64,000 bases of DNA from Haplodiscus bocki (Eukaryota), in contig OZ296652.1 in assembly GCA_965655095.1 (NCBI GenBank), forward strand, positions 69,254,001 to 69,318,000, in the 5' to 3' direction. Below, in pieces: positions 48,133-62,879 of this stretch (the first letter of the stretch is position 1; the number at the start of each line of letters is the position of its first letter). Under the pieces are notes generated by a model. It did not search any database. It saw only the letters and a program-made list of their open reading frames with translations, and was not told where the DNA came from. A program made the translations under genes and the position numbers.

Positions 48133-51100
48133 TTTTAGTTCTATATTTTGTATTCATTTAATACTATTTGCCTTTTCGTCTAATTTAATCAGAGTCTATC
48201 AAATCAATTTTTCCCTTCCAGTGAACTTTTGTAAAGACACGTGGGGCTGTTACTTAGCAATGGCACCCATGGTACCTCATTTTATTACATCATGGTGGAA
48301 AAGTTCTTTGAGCGATGGGAAAAAGTTTGCATTTACTAGTCTCGAAACCCTATCAATGGGACTTTTTTGTCCTGCCCTCTAGGCCATCGAGGCCTTCTAG
48401 AGTACCAATGGTTTTCGGTTGAGAGCGTAAAATTTCGTCGATTTGTATCTTTAAAAATAAAAAAAAGTGCCGAAATAGTCGTGAACTTTTTCTTCTAAAA
48501 AAAGTCGAGGAGAAAAATGCCTGAAAGGCTGATTCTGATCAATTTCGTTAACTTAAAATACCCACCCAATTCCTTTTATCTATGGCTAAATCGAAAGCTC
48601 ACTATATGTAGCTTCAATTAAGTGTAGCATTTTCTCGAGATTTTACTTCACTTCCTAAAAACGACAGTCCAAACATTGCTATGAACCCTCGTGTAATCGA
48701 TTTTCGTGAATTTGAGATGATTTTTTTCTGAAATTACCCATTCAATTTTTTTTACATCCAGAACTTAATTGGAAGTTGACATTTTATTCCACTTCACGGA
48801 AATAATGATCCAAGCATGGCTTTAAATGCATATGATATTGATTTTGATCATTTTCAAGATATTTTTTTCTGGAGTAACCGATTCTATTTCCGTCTAGGAT
48901 TTAATCAAGAGCTTAATAATTGGAAAAATAGTCCAAGTTGAGTCATTTTCTGAAATTTGGTTTCTCGTTCTGAAATTTATGGTCCAACAAACATTGCTAT
49001 AAACGCATTTGATATCGGTTTTTGTAAATTTATGAGATGGTTTTACCCTGAAACTACCCATTCAATTTCTTTCATGTACGGCTTGATCGAAAGGTTAGAT
49101 CTGTGAGATATGTTGCTTTAAGAGGAAGTTTTTCTCGATTTTGTTTCATTTTTTAGCCGTGATCATCCAAATTTCGTAACGGTTTTTCCTAAATTTCATA
49201 TCATTGAAAAATGATCATAGAGAAATTTTTCTTCACTCATTCTAGTTCATGTTGCTTCCATGCTCGAGCCGCGCAAGGGGTGTTTTTCAGCTTTCGAAAG
49301 GGTGCTTCATCGGTATCTCCGTCAGCTTTTAGTTGGTGGCATCTTTGTGAAGCTATATTATCTTTTCAGTTGAGGTTCTTTCAACTTTTGAAACAGTCTC
49401 TCTCTGTGACAACATAAAATGCAATATTGCAATCAATTCATGTCTCTATTTTGTTGTTTTATTCAGCTTTCTAAAGGGTTCTTCATTGGTATTACCAGTT
49501 GGATTTTAGCTGGTAGTGCAATGTCTTTGAGGTATCTTTACCCAGATGCAATGACCTGAACGTTGGTTGAATCAGCGGACATTTGAACACCAGGCTTATG
49601 AATGCGACACAGGAGCAAATGAATTGCCGGTCATTTCAAAATTTATCATTAAACCACTGAAGTAAATTATGTCAACAAAAATGGGATCCAGCAGGAACTT
49701 GCAAACAATGCAGTCGATTCGCATCGTCCAAAAACAGCCTGCCGTCAACTTGCCAAATGAAATTAGTCTGAAGAATCGATAGTTCGTCTGAGGTTATCGA
49801 GGCAAGCGAAAGCGTCATGGGCGTGTAAAAGTTTCTAAAGCATTCATCTCGTCTTCTCTAATGTGCTAGATATTCATTCTAGTAATGGCCTATTATATCA
49901 TGTTTTTCGTTCAAGATGATGCTAGGTGCTCATTCTGATGCATTGAATAAGCATCTGATGATTACGGCGTCAAGCAATTTTGATCCATATAAATTTTCAT
50001 CGTCTCTAATTTGAAAATCACCATTGTCATTTCGTTGTTTTCCGCCGAAGTTATTTTTAATATCGAAGCTGAAAGTTCTCAATATTGAAGGGACACCTCA
50101 TGACCTTTTTTCAGACATTGTTGCGTCGATTGTATACATCAAAAATGTGAAAAAAGAGTATCCTTGTACGCAGTGTATAAATCAGATCCAGTAGTGTACA
50201 GGTATACATGTAGGCAGTGTAGATTGAAGCAGTGTAAGTGCACATTTACGCAGTGTACGTTTATACAAAAGTTTCCCATCAAACCAAGACCTACTGAATC
50301 ATCTTTGAACTTGCTGAAAGAATTGTGAAGTTTCGTTCTGGTTTGCATTTCTTCCTACTACAGTGCATAACGCCTTTGCATTTTATACGCCTGCTTTTCA
50401 ATCGAACGGTAGCTTAATGTACACTGATCCCTTGGCAAAAATTATGCGTTTTCTCTTTCAATTATTCGTAGCTCAAACTTTTGCAAGTTTAGCTAATTTG
50501 TCCCTAATCAAGTTTTAGAATGATTTCTTTAATAAATCACTTCACATTTGATGATTGTAAATTTTTTTCAAAAAATCTTCGAACATCTCAATTATTTTTT
50601 TTTTGGATGTTCGGGAGCAGCCGGTGGCTTGTTTTTTGAAGCAGCTGTTGCGTGGCTTGCTTTGTAGGCATTAAGTTTAGCTTAAAGCGTATCGATTTTC
50701 TCATTTTCTCAAAAGCTGGCGTAATTCGGCGACTAAGCGAGGCTGAGCGCTAGAATGAACCCGATATTTTCTGCTTATTATTTACTTTCATTCTTTTGTA
50801 TTTATTTGCAGCTTCCCCGAGCTAGACCGAACGTCACTACATACTTGATTTGATTCAAATAGTGTCGTTAAAAAAACTTTTGAAAATGTTTTGACGCATT
50901 GTTGACTAATATTGGCCATTTAGAAACCTAGGAATTTTTACATATAACGTTTTTTGGGGCACCTACTATTGTTCATTTTTTCGCGTTGTTTTTAGTGTAA
51001 GTCCAAGATACACTGGGTCACAAAATGGCGAATCTAAGAAGACATGAACTTTTCGACAGTCAGACACTGACAGATTCTTGTCTTATTTCAACTTTTCGAA

Positions 51101-51723
51101 CAACCTTTTAATAGACATCTGGTGTAGTATTTATAAAAGTGTCATTCATGTATCCGATCAAATTTAAATGTCTCTCAGGACCTTTAATCTGTCAATTTTG
51201 TCTTTGATTTCAACTGACAAGTCAGAATGTGTTGCGAAGTTCAGCTTCGCCTCTGTATGTTATAGGTACTCTGATTCCTCCGATAAGTGTGAAGATAATA
51301 CCTTCTGTGTGTCATACGAGAGTCCTGAGTTCAATTAAAATTGAGATTGTCTTACACTGCAATCTTCCCGTTGTCTAAAAAATATTTTGTTGACTGCTCC
51401 ATTGGTATCTCTGTCTACTTTAACGTGGATGGCATCTTTGTGGAGCTACAAGAAATCACCTATCAAGTTTCTGCTCATTTTTCGATTCTGCGGACTTGAA
51501 TTTGTGAACATTTGATGTCAAAGTATGGCCATGTTTTTATTGAGTTCCTAAAAACTGTCATCTGAATTTTCCGTATCCGAATTGACTTTTTGTTCCACCT
51601 CAAGAGGAATTTTATCAAGTAGTTCAACTTGTTCATTCAATTTAGCCTCATCTTTACTGTAAATATTCATCTCATAAATGTGTTGTGTTTCATTCGTATA
51701 TTGTTTTTTTTCAGATTCTTAAA

Positions 51724-54700
51724 ATGCCTCTCTCGTGCCTAGCATGCAGAACAATTTTTACCAACGTGGATCTACATAGAGAACATTATCAGTCTGAATG
51801 GCATCGTTACAATTTGAAAAGAAAGGTTGATAGTTTTTGTTCCTTTTAAATATTGCTAAGTCAAAATATTATGTGAATTTTCATACAAATTAATCGTCTA
51901 ACTTTTACTGAACAAGTTTCGCCATATCAGTCAAACTTTTTGTGAGCAAATCTGACTCAGTTTCTTGAGAACAGTCCTTGTCTTTAAAAACAACGGGCAT
52001 AGTATGAAATTTCCCGATCTCTGAGGGTGTTTCTGATATAAACTGGCATGGTTTTCCTTCATAATTTTACTTCAGTGAGCTTTGTTAAGGTGTTGGAGAT
52101 GGATCCAGTCACGCAAGAACAGTTTGAAGTTAAGAGGATGGCAGCTGAGGCACAAGCTACTGCTTCAAGCAAAGGGGAAGTCGTGTCAAAAGAAGCATTT
52201 GACAATACTTCGCAACAACTCAGATGCATTTTGTGTCGCAAGTCTTTCCAATCAACCAAAACTTTGAATAATCACCTGAAAAGCAACAAGCACTTAGCCA
52301 ACGAAAAACAGAAGTCAGGGGTGAGTGTTCTCTCAAAACTTGAATTTCCAATGATTAAGTTTATGTGGATTGATTAAACTAACGTATATTGAGTGGTTGC
52401 TATCGGTGCTTGCTATTTGAGCCCCAGATTTTGAATGTAGAAGAATCATTCAATAGGTAGCCTGGTCTTTTTCATTTTTTTTTCAAAAAATACCAATTTT
52501 TAATTAGGAAATATCAATCGTAGTAGTGGATTGGGCACAAAAAAGTTCTGACTCGTTAGTTACTATTTCAAATTTCAGTATTTTGGCTTCATTTTTGTTT
52601 GGTTTTCCTAGAAAATTCCCTTCTCTGAATAATTTCCATTTCTCGCTATTTTATATCATGACTATTCTAAAATTTTTTCGGAAAACACTGCATTTTTATA
52701 AATGTGAGGGTGCAAAATATTACAGTGCCAGACGGACATCTGTTCATCATTTTTCCTGGTTTTGGATAGGTTAGCAGAGCTACGAGCAGTGCCAGAAGCT
52801 CTATATCTTCCGAATTGTCAGCACACATCAACACTAGTTCTAATTGCGTCACCGTAATCAAAAAACCAGAGAGGATTGAACCCCCGAGCTCTGATGATAA
52901 ACATATGCTCTCTACAAATGACGATGATTGGTCAACAGATGATGAAGATTTTGGGTCCCATGATGAGTGGGAGGACATGGAAGTTAGCGGAGACGGTGAA
53001 TTTGACGGACTGAAAGAAGAGTTTGATTGCAGAAAGTGTGTGTTCTGTTTGTCCGGCCATTACTGCAACAGCTTTGAAGAATGTCTGCAACACATGTCAA
53101 CTTGCCACACTTTCTTCATTCCTTATGATAACCTTCTGGGTGATGCAGAGGCACTTATTTGTTACCTTCGTAAGCAAAACCAGTTATGCAAGCATGACAA
53201 AAATTCGAATTAGGGAACTGGATTACATAATTTCTTTTGCGCAAATGGTAGTCGTTAGCTTCTAAGATTGAATAGCTTGTGCACGGAATAATCGAGACGT
53301 CTTATAAAGTTGAATATTGTGCAATATTCCAAAAAGGAGCCCCAATCTATTGTACAATCAGATATTAACATTTGGATATTCTTACATTTGAAAGCTTTGG
53401 AAGCGTTTGGAATTCTGTTTCGGATATTCGGTTTATTTGTGAACAAGAAAGGAAAGATAGCGGTATTTCCCGCAAAATCGACGACGACGCAGGTGAAAAT
53501 ACAGTCAATTCGGCGGAAGAACTCATATGTTCGGCGAAACTCAAAAATTGCGTAGCAGCATGCATGATTTTTCGTTCAAACGTGAAGCATTTCAGGGTGT
53601 CTTCTATCCTGTTGGAGTGAGCTTCAACAAATTTTTTCAACATTTAAAAAGGCAGCTCCACGTAGACTGTTGTACTGGGTGCCTGAGAATAAAATCCAGT
53701 TTCTCGCGGTTCTTTAATTTGTCACTCTTCACCTTCCCTAGAGAATCTTGAAACCTTTTTTCTTTACAAGTCGCCCGAACTTTTGAAAAGCTTTTTTGAT
53801 AGTGTGAGACCCAGCGATTCTTGGTCGAATAATTGTTCCCACACAACTTGAAGCCATTTTCGGCTTTTGGAATTGAAGAAATCGAATAATTCATTCACGA
53901 AGACAGTATAAGTTGTAGAGAAAACCGAATCGGGTATAAGTTTCTGGGTCGGCAAACAAATGTGATAATGACTACATATTCCTTGTCTTCAAATTCCTTC
54001 AGAAAATTGATTAAATCCAAACAATGGTCGCTGTTCATTTCACAGCATCGAGCCAGTTAACCATTTCACAGCATTGAGCCAGTTACACATTTCACAGCAT
54101 CGAGCCAGTTACCCTATCGAACATTAATTGGTGCTGGAAATTTTTCGTTCAAAACTTTTGAATACTTAACATGCATTTTTGCGAACTGAAGTTTGGCCAA
54201 CAATTTAACAACAGACCGTATTGACTTTTCTGTTTGATTTTTTTTGCGGTATACGATTGAGCATGTGCGAAATACAAGTCACATGAATCGTGCCACGTTA
54301 GGTATTTTTCACGTTGCCCGCCACCCTTGCTTAACTATGGTATTATTTGGCGGGCTTTTATCTCTCGTTATGTCAACCATACAAGGAGCGTTCGAGTTTT
54401 CTCGAATTCAGCTCTCCTAAAACGGGTGCGTAAACTGTTCACCGTCGTAATCAGCCTCATCAAACAACAAATTGAAAGCAGACATTTTTCCAACTCGGTT
54501 TTCCACCAGGCTTCCTCGTAGAAGCGTTTGGAAAAAAATTGTAGGTAGTTGTAGATAGTTTTTTGCCTGTTGTAATTGGACGTTTGCAACCTCGTTGTGG
54601 AGGATATTTTGTTTTTAAGGGCAGTTGTGGGTCGGCCAGCTTCGATCCGGGCTCGAGTAAAGTGAAGCAAAAAAATGTCTTCAATTTACAATTCGGACCG

Positions 54701-57700
54701 CGTGGTACCAATGTGGTCTTCAATTTTTCCCAAAGCTACGGCTTTCAAATTGTTGCCACTTTTCACGTGATGATACCTAATTTGGTTAAGTTCAGGACAA
54801 GTAATTGATTTGAAACATAGACTGCAGAAAATGGTTTTTTATCTTCTGTGTTGATATTTTCAAAGCAATACTGTAGTCATCCTCCTTGACAGTTCACGTT
54901 AATTAGCGAATAAATTTTTATTTGCTCTATCTAAAATTTGTTTGGTTGGCTCCAACTGATGATATTTTCCAATTATTTCGCAGATATTATCAGAGTGTAA
55001 TTTTTGGGATTTTAACCACAAAACATTGAGTTAAACCCCTGATTCCACTCATATGTTTTGTATAATTTTGTCGCCAAGTTAGAAGAATATCTGCTTTTTA
55101 CAACTTGAACACCCGTAAACCCTATCTTGATACATGTAAATGCAAGATTGTCACCATTAAAACATCCATCATTTTCATTTTTAATCTTGCGGATAAAGTG
55201 TTATGTCATGCTCTGATTGGTTATTATTGAAAGAAATCCTCTGTGATTATATCATGTTTTTTACACTTGCCCAAGCAATTTATATCGCAGTCTTTTTCCT
55301 TTTTTTCCCGATTCGCTCACAACTCACATTTTGCCTACATTCTAATTTTGCCTATATTTTGTTTATGAGCTCTCGCTTTCTCGCATGAATTTTTAGCCCA
55401 TTTTTTTAGCCTATGTGCTTGTTTTAATTTAATATAAAGTGAATTAACTCCTATAGTTGTTCACATGTTAAATTTACATATGTACAACTGAGTTAATTAA
55501 TTATCTGTTTCTTTGTTCAATCAGTAGTTTTTATAGTATCGTGTCTTTTTCAAAATCATTTACACCTGTTCAATTCGTTCACTATTTTTCCGTTGGCGCA
55601 AGTGTTGCGAAGCCCAGCTTTGCCTTTGTGATCAAAAGTTTATTGAAATCGAAACATATCAGTAGCTTGAAGAGGTTCTTGAGAACCATTTTGATGGGAA
55701 AAAATCCGAAAAACTACGGGTTAAAACTGAGAAAAAATTATTTGAAATTGTCCAAAAAGGGCATTTTCTAACTTCTGCAATTTTGTCAGAGATGAATCAA
55801 CCGAAAACTATTGGAAACTATATGAAAAATTATTTTTGTTTGTAATTTTTTTAGATAACCATTGTGCTTTAAGAAATTGTTTCCTGAAAATGCTTAGAGG
55901 GACGAACACTATTCTTTTTTGCACGAGAATGGTAGTGCGTTAGCTGTATTGGCCAATAAGGTAAAGTAGAAAATAACACGTGCTTTGGACATATTTTGAG
56001 TTTGATTTCCGCAGATGTTTTCCTGAATGCCCGATGACAAGCATTAGAAGGAAGACACCCGCCTACCACTGGGATATTTTGCGCCCTCAAACTTTATTGG
56101 AATTGCTTTCTAGAACGATGAAAACGCAAATAACCAAAAAAAACCTTCATCAAAACTTCCTATAGGTGGAAAAAGACTTTTGAAAATACAAATTCTTCAA
56201 CAAATTTGCCACCTTTACTGATTTTAAAAGAAATCAAGGTTCTTCCATTTTGTACGTACTTGAGAAATCTTTCCATTTCACTTTCATTCTACGGAAAATA
56301 TGCTATAAGCCAGAGGAATATTATGAGAAAGGAGAACAACTTTTTGTGAAAAAAAAGATACTCCTATAATTATTTTCTGACTTCTAGCGAAAATGTTTCG
56401 GACTTTTGGCGAAAGCTTTTCAGCAGGTTTGTCAAAAGTGCTTTCTACTTGTCCAAAGGAACATTGTGAGGAAAAATAAATTACTTAATTACCTTACTAA
56501 CCTCAATAACCTCATTAACTTTCATAACTTTACTAACTCTACTAACCTTACTAACTTCACTAACCTCACTAACTTCACCAAACTCACTAACCTCGCTAAC
56601 GTGACTAACCTCTCCCAACCAATCTCGGAAATCTAGGTCGGCAATCTCAGCCGGCATTCTCGGCAACTTCGGAAACCTCGCCAAAACTAATTTCTCCCAA
56701 ACGTGAACATTTTCCACCAACATAGTTTTTAGCGTGAACGCAATTGGCAAACATCGAGTTAAAAAACGTTCCATTTGAGAGGATGATTTTGCTTTCTATA
56801 TTATAAATAATCTGACGCAAAATAATAAAACTAAAGCATCGTCTTTTGTAACTTCATGAATATAGTTGTCTTCATCAAGGTCGATGGCTTACAAACACTT
56901 TCATTATGTAATAATTTTGTCAAACTTCAGTGTATTCATTTTTATTGAGATGTCTGCCGTTTTATGCTTTCATTCTGATCACAGTCACTTCACTTTATAT
57001 ACACAGTTCATTTGCTATCGCAGACTGCCCGTCTGGTGGCAGGACAAAATACCCAAGCCCAAAGTTCCAAAATACCCAAAGCCAAAATACCTCAGATTGA
57101 AATAGCCATACTTCATAAATAATTAACAACGTCTTGACGCTGAAAGTGTCAAGATGCCTGTAATAACTTAATTTAATCGATGTTTTGAAATATTGATGGT
57201 GTCAAATCAAAAGATGCGAGACAAAGCTGCCAATTTTGGAGTGGGACAAAACCGCCGATTTTGAAAACAGGACACAACCGGCGATATTGAAATTGGAACA
57301 AAACCGCCGATTGATTTGTAATAATACAAGTCGCCGGTTTAGGTCTGTCACCTAATGAAACATCAATGAAACTGAAATACCACTACACAAATCAACCAAT
57401 TTTAATTTGTCCGGCATATTTTTTCTGATACACAAAAATGGGGGACGGGTACTACCAATTTAGGTGTATAGAAAAGAGGGTTTAATGGAAATTTTTGGTG
57501 TCGGCATTTTCGACACTTTAATTCCCGCAAAGATTGAAATAAATTGCATTTAGGTAGTAGTGTCTCAGTATTGGTAATTGGTAATATGGCTAATTACATT
57601 CTACCTTGAAGTGAAAAACAGCCTCGATGATCAAAAAATTGGGTATACATGGGGCATACCCCACAAAATTTTCGGCTCTGTGAGACAAAATTGTGATTCT

Positions 57701-59274
57701 CGCCACAAAATTTTTGACACTATTTAACATCATGATTAAAATATCAATTAAATACTTATATAAAATTCAAGTATTTTGGGTACTCTTAATGGTAAGACGC
57801 TTTCAATTATTTAATTGGTATCGCTGCTTCAATCATGGGTTTTTTGGCCATGGGACTTTGGGTATTTTGGGGTGAAACCTGCGCGTCTAGTTTTCGGCGG
57901 CAATGTATTCATTTGTGCCGCATCGGTGGTCACCAAATATTTCCTTTCCTGTTTGTGAATCATATGTTTTCTAGTTTCGCTCTTCCTATTTGTGATCAAC
58001 TTTTTGTAAGGGGCCAATTAGTAATTGAAGAGAGTCACCAGGAAGTTGATCGGAAATTTGTACTTGTAGTTTGTAGAAGTATTTGTTGTTCTAGACTACA
58101 AAGTGGAGACGCTACGTCGATGTATTTTTTGCGGAAAGCGCAAACGCAGCGCATTTGCTGTGAAACATCACATGGAAGAAAACGGACACAAAAGAATGGC
58201 TTACGACACCCCTGAACAGTTCTTGGAATATGTTCATTTCTACGAGTAAGTGAATGACCTATTGTGTCTTGATACTTATCCAAGCTTCTTGATGGCTTTT
58301 CTTCAGCTTTTGTTGAAAAAAATTGTAATCAAGTTGGCCACATTTTCAGAAAGGTTATTGATTAGTGACATTTGAGAAATTAATTGTCATCGAGATCAGA
58401 CCGATATTTGGACTGGAATGCTTGCGCTATCAAAAATTTATTAATGTTTGAGAAGCCATCCTTCATTGATTTGAACGTTTAAGATTTGAATGACTGCTGT
58501 CGAACTTCTAAAATACCAGAAGAATCGTAAGCAAATTTTCGCCCGTCTTCCAATCGTATTGTCGATTCTAATTTTTGTTATAGCGAACCAGACGATGAAG
58601 CTGATTCCAATGAAGATCCTACTGGTTCCAAATTGGAAGAGATTCTGGCGTCTGTTTGGGATAATGATTACTGCCTAATGTTACCCTCTGGTGCAGTGAT
58701 TGGTAGCAGAGCGTTGAGGAGATATTACAAACAGAGGCCACGAATACCCGATGAAAATAGAATCAGGTCGCGAAATGTGGTCGAAAGCAGTAGACGTTAC
58801 CTCGCTACTGCACCAAATAGTGCATCCACATCAAATGCCATCCGTGCGTTCAGTGCAATAACCTTGTTCCGACTTCAAACATTCGAGTGGAAATATTTTT
58901 CAGAATTTTTATCAAGGTTGTTGGACTGTGATGTGAAGTTGGGAATTTTTAAAGAGTTTGCTTCTATTTGATTACGCCATTATTTTCATGTGAATGTGAA
59001 AAAATGGTCCAACCTATCCGAAGCAAATTTTTAATACTAGTATTTTCAAAACACGTTTTTGCAATTCCACTCAAGTTTCGTCCGATTTAATGAGGAAATG
59101 CTGGCAAGATAACAAGTTGGATTCGTTTCAGAACTATCCAGAAACCTGGTTCCACTGAGAGAGTTGAAGACGATCCAGAAATCAAGGAGTAAATATTGGG
59201 ACAAAGTGAAGCTCAAACAAAACGACATGAAGACCCATAGTCGTAATCAGTACTTCTGGAGTATGCGTTATTAG
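51724..59274 (+). CDS. ZNF622: Cytoplasmic pre-60S maturation factor ZNF622 (Rei1/Reh1), 6 exons
   Basis: Exons 51724-51825, 52090-52320, 52770-53169, 58095-58245, 58584-58843, 59132-59274 are in phase. Motifs CLAC..HREHYQSEWHRYNLKRK, CILCRKSF..HLKSNKH, CVFC..HMSTCHTFFIP, CIFC..HMEENGH and LPSGAVIGSRALRRYYKQ. Confidence 0.93.
54037..54111. repeat. 24-25-bp tandem repeat, 3 copies
   Basis: catttcacagcatcgagccagtta three times. Confidence 0.9.
56490..56612. repeat. 9-bp minisatellite (ACTAACCTC/ACTAACTTC), about 13 copies
   Basis: Direct reading; it explains the spurious TNL and EVS repeat ORFs on the two strands. Confidence 0.9.
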
Positions 59275-62200
59275 ATGCTGAACACTGCTCAGATGACTTG
59301 AAGTGGATTGAATAAATATTGAAAATGTATTTTTCGATACTAATTAAATTTAATTTTTGCATTCTTTTTTCGCAGATTCAATAAAAAGGAGTTGATATGT
59401 TTTTTTCTGAGTCCAGTTTTGAGTCGGAATTGTTGAACTTGATCTTTAGATACTTGCAATATTATTTAACTCTCCCGGAATCTATGGAATAAACCGCTCG
59501 GGTGATTCCCGGGTCTTTTCCGAGGTACAAAATTCTGTGTCATTTCACTCCAATTTATATTATTTGTTATTAGGACTTTTTGTAATTTTTAATTTTAGGA
59601 AGTACTAATAGTGTCACTCGGTTTTTTTGACGCTTTTTCGTACCACATTTTGCGACCTTGTCCGAAAAAAGGAATTTCGTGCGACATTCGAAAAATTTTG
59701 AAGTTTTTTCAAAAGGCGGCAAAGCTGCGTGGGATTACCGGAGGAACCATACGGAGGATCATAGTAACGGAGAGAGCGTGCAAACAGTTTTTTTCGAGAT
59801 TTTCGAAGTATCCACCTTGGGCGGCTATTTTCTAAATTTCGAAGAGTCAATTTTCCTGTGGAAATCACTTGACATATACATCGCTTGAATTTGGTTCTGG
59901 AGAGGAATGAGAATGCACGATTGTTTTTCGGAATGAAATGTGTATTAAAATGAGAATCTGTTACAATTAAAAAATAAAGATATATTTTTCAGAGATTGGG
60001 TTCCGAATACTAAATGAAGTCAAATAGAATCCGTCTTAAAAAAAATGTCTCTAGAAATTCCAGCTAAATTTATTTGCCGCTCTCAAAAATTCTGAATTTC
60101 AAGTCTTCCGAAGAGAAGAGCCTTTGAAAACGAGTATGTTCTGGAGAAGAGTGATTTAAGTTCAAGTACGGAGCTAAAAAGCACCAGAATGAGAGAAAAG
60201 TTTTCAACTCAAAGCATGGACTATTTTCGAGCTGTTTTTGCTTGAATTTTGCAGCTTCGTTCATCAAGGATCATACTTAGTATAGCCATCAGTTCCTATC
60301 AAGAAAAAACGCGAAAAGATCTTGGAAGTTTTTTCAGCACCTATGGATTAGAAAAGACTGACTGTCATTCTCATTCAATAAATTGAGAAGGAAAACGGAC
60401 TCTAATGGCAAATTGATGTAGTGAGATGTCTGCGCGTTTTGCAAAACTTGGGTACCAAGAAACACACTTTGCACTGTGTCTCACTTAATCTATTCGTTAG
60501 AAATGGGGATCATGTTTTGAGCTACCCATGCAGCCTCAAAGCTTTACGAATGTCAGTAACTAGAGTGTTTTCTTAGCTAGAAAATTTGATGAGGAAAAAA
60601 AAGCAAAATTTGTTTGGCTACATTCTTTTTGAATCCATTTACATAGAGCTCTAGGCAACTGAAGTAGTTACAATAGACCATTCAGAAGTCAGTCTGCAGT
60701 TAATAAAAATATTGTGATGTTTGATCATTATTGAGAGATCCATCATTTATGGCACGAATATGAGCTAGGAAAAGGACAAGTCGACACAATATCAAGTTCA
60801 AAAAAAATTTGTGGCGAAGAGTCTTTGGTTATTGGGTGTACGGCAGTGTCATAAATGCGACTAAGCGTGTATTTTGCGTCAACTTTGAGCTCTCAGAATT
60901 TGCAAACTAATCAGTTCAGAGAGAACTCTCACGAACAAACGTTTCCAGAATTTTGACTCAGATGACAATGGTCTCTGTTTGAAAATCCATGGAACACAAT
61001 TAGAGAAGTTCCAAAGATGATCTTTTTAGGAAAATTAATTTTTTCATGTAATGAAAAATTCTTACATTTTCACCAACTGAAAAGTTTTTTTTTCGAGTAA
61101 ATATTGTGCTTGATACTTGAAAATTATTTGATACTGAAAAATGAAAATACATCTTTAAAGATAGGAAATATAAATTTTGTTCTCGTTTCTCGACGTACTC
61201 TATTCGAGAGTTCATTTTTCGAGAAAGTGTAAAAGTAAATATTTTTGGGGAAGATCCAAACGAACAAAAATGTTTACATGATTTTTTCTCCATCTAGTAT
61301 TGTATAGAAATTTGCAAAAAAAACTGCAAAATTTTTTGCTCATATGCAATAAATACATGGTTAAGATGGGACAGTTTCTAACGGAATTTTCTAATTATTT
61401 CGATAAGTACTTTGAAAAAATAAAATAAGCATCTGATAGGCTTTTTAATGAGCTTTGTCAGGGTATCGTTATCTACTCTGATAGTCTATTATTTATTCAT
61501 TTAATCAAAATTTTGCAGATAAAATCAAAATTACCAAGTCGCCTTTCTTTAGGACACGACTGTAGATGATATACTAAAAAGAAAAAAAATCCTATATAAA
61601 ATGGAGATAGTGAGCCGTGTCTCGGCTTTTCAAAACCAGTGAAGTTTTTCTGACGTCATTGGCGAAGGAACGAAGCAAGAGAGTGAAAATGGTGAGCCAA
61701 TAAAAAGCGAGTAGAAAACTCAGTGATGGTGTTTCGATCATGGCTTCATGATGATCATGCCGAGTGAAGAAAGCGAGTGAGTTCATCAAATCGTTTGCTA
61801 CACTCACTCACCTGGATTCGGCGTGATAATAATGACTTCGAAACAAAAGACGTGAACGAATCTTTAAAACGTCTTAAATTGAAAAGTTAATCTCCCTAAC
61901 TGGCAGAAGGGTTTGCTAGTATTTCAAAATTTCGTTTGACGTGACAAAAAATTCGTGGGGGAATTTTAACTACATGTATATTATGCACTGTTAGGTGAAC
62001 TAACTACTTTGAAAAAATCGTTTTTCAAAATATTGAAATCTAAAGACGGAACACTTTGAACTGCATGGGGAATCTTTTACATTGAGGTCGTAGTCGAAAC
62101 GAATGATGCTGGTACAAATTTGATTATCCAAGTGGTAATTCAGAAATGATCTTCGACTGGAAAGAAGAAAATAAACATCGCTGTGAAGCTGGTTGATTGT

Positions 62201-62879
62201 TGTACGCAAAGGTCGATCTTTTGCAACAACCAAATTTACTCCAAACAAATGCTGAGAACCCCATTCTGGGTACTCTGCTCAGACGCAAGAGAAAACGGTC
62301 AGCAGCACTGCGATTTTTCGTAAACACGCGCTTAAGCTTGACTTACATTGAAAAAATCGAGTGAAATTCTTATTACTGGCCAAATTAGATACTAATGAAA
62401 TCGAGATTGTCAAAAAAGAGAAAACTTGAAGGCGATGCTCAATCAAAGACATCATTCATGATGCATGGGATTTGGTCCAAAGTTTGTCTGATCTTCGACT
62501 TGTGGAATGCAGAACAAGCTCTCCGAGAATGTTTTGAATCTGCTCTTTCCACAAGTTAAAGATTGGAATTTTTTTAATTGAAATTTGTTGCATACTACAA
62601 AAAATTGACGATTTTCACATTCTGCATGTTTTTTTGAAAAATGTTTCTGGAGATTTTCAAAATACGCAAAAGTACTTCAAACTTTCAAACTTGTCCTTAC
62701 TGAAGTCTTCTGCTCAAATTCTAAGATTTTACTAAAAGTAAAATTTGTTTTTAAGCTGGTACGGTTTTTTTCATCGAATCGTTCATAACTTAGTAGCTGC
62801 CAATTGCACTGCTGCTCATTTTAGTTTCAGTGAAATAGTTTAGTCACGTGTTACCAGAATTGGATCACGTGTTCGTTGA

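Noticed and set aside
53200-54830. Possible BEL/Pao gag remnant with a PBS-like TGGTACCACGCG (minus strand, ~54700) in ZNF622 intron 3
   Set aside because: No convincing domain motif or paired LTR could be identified.
61640-61820. Promoter-like cluster (TGACGTCA, CCAAT)
   Set aside because: Short motifs expected by chance, with no adjacent gene identified in the window.
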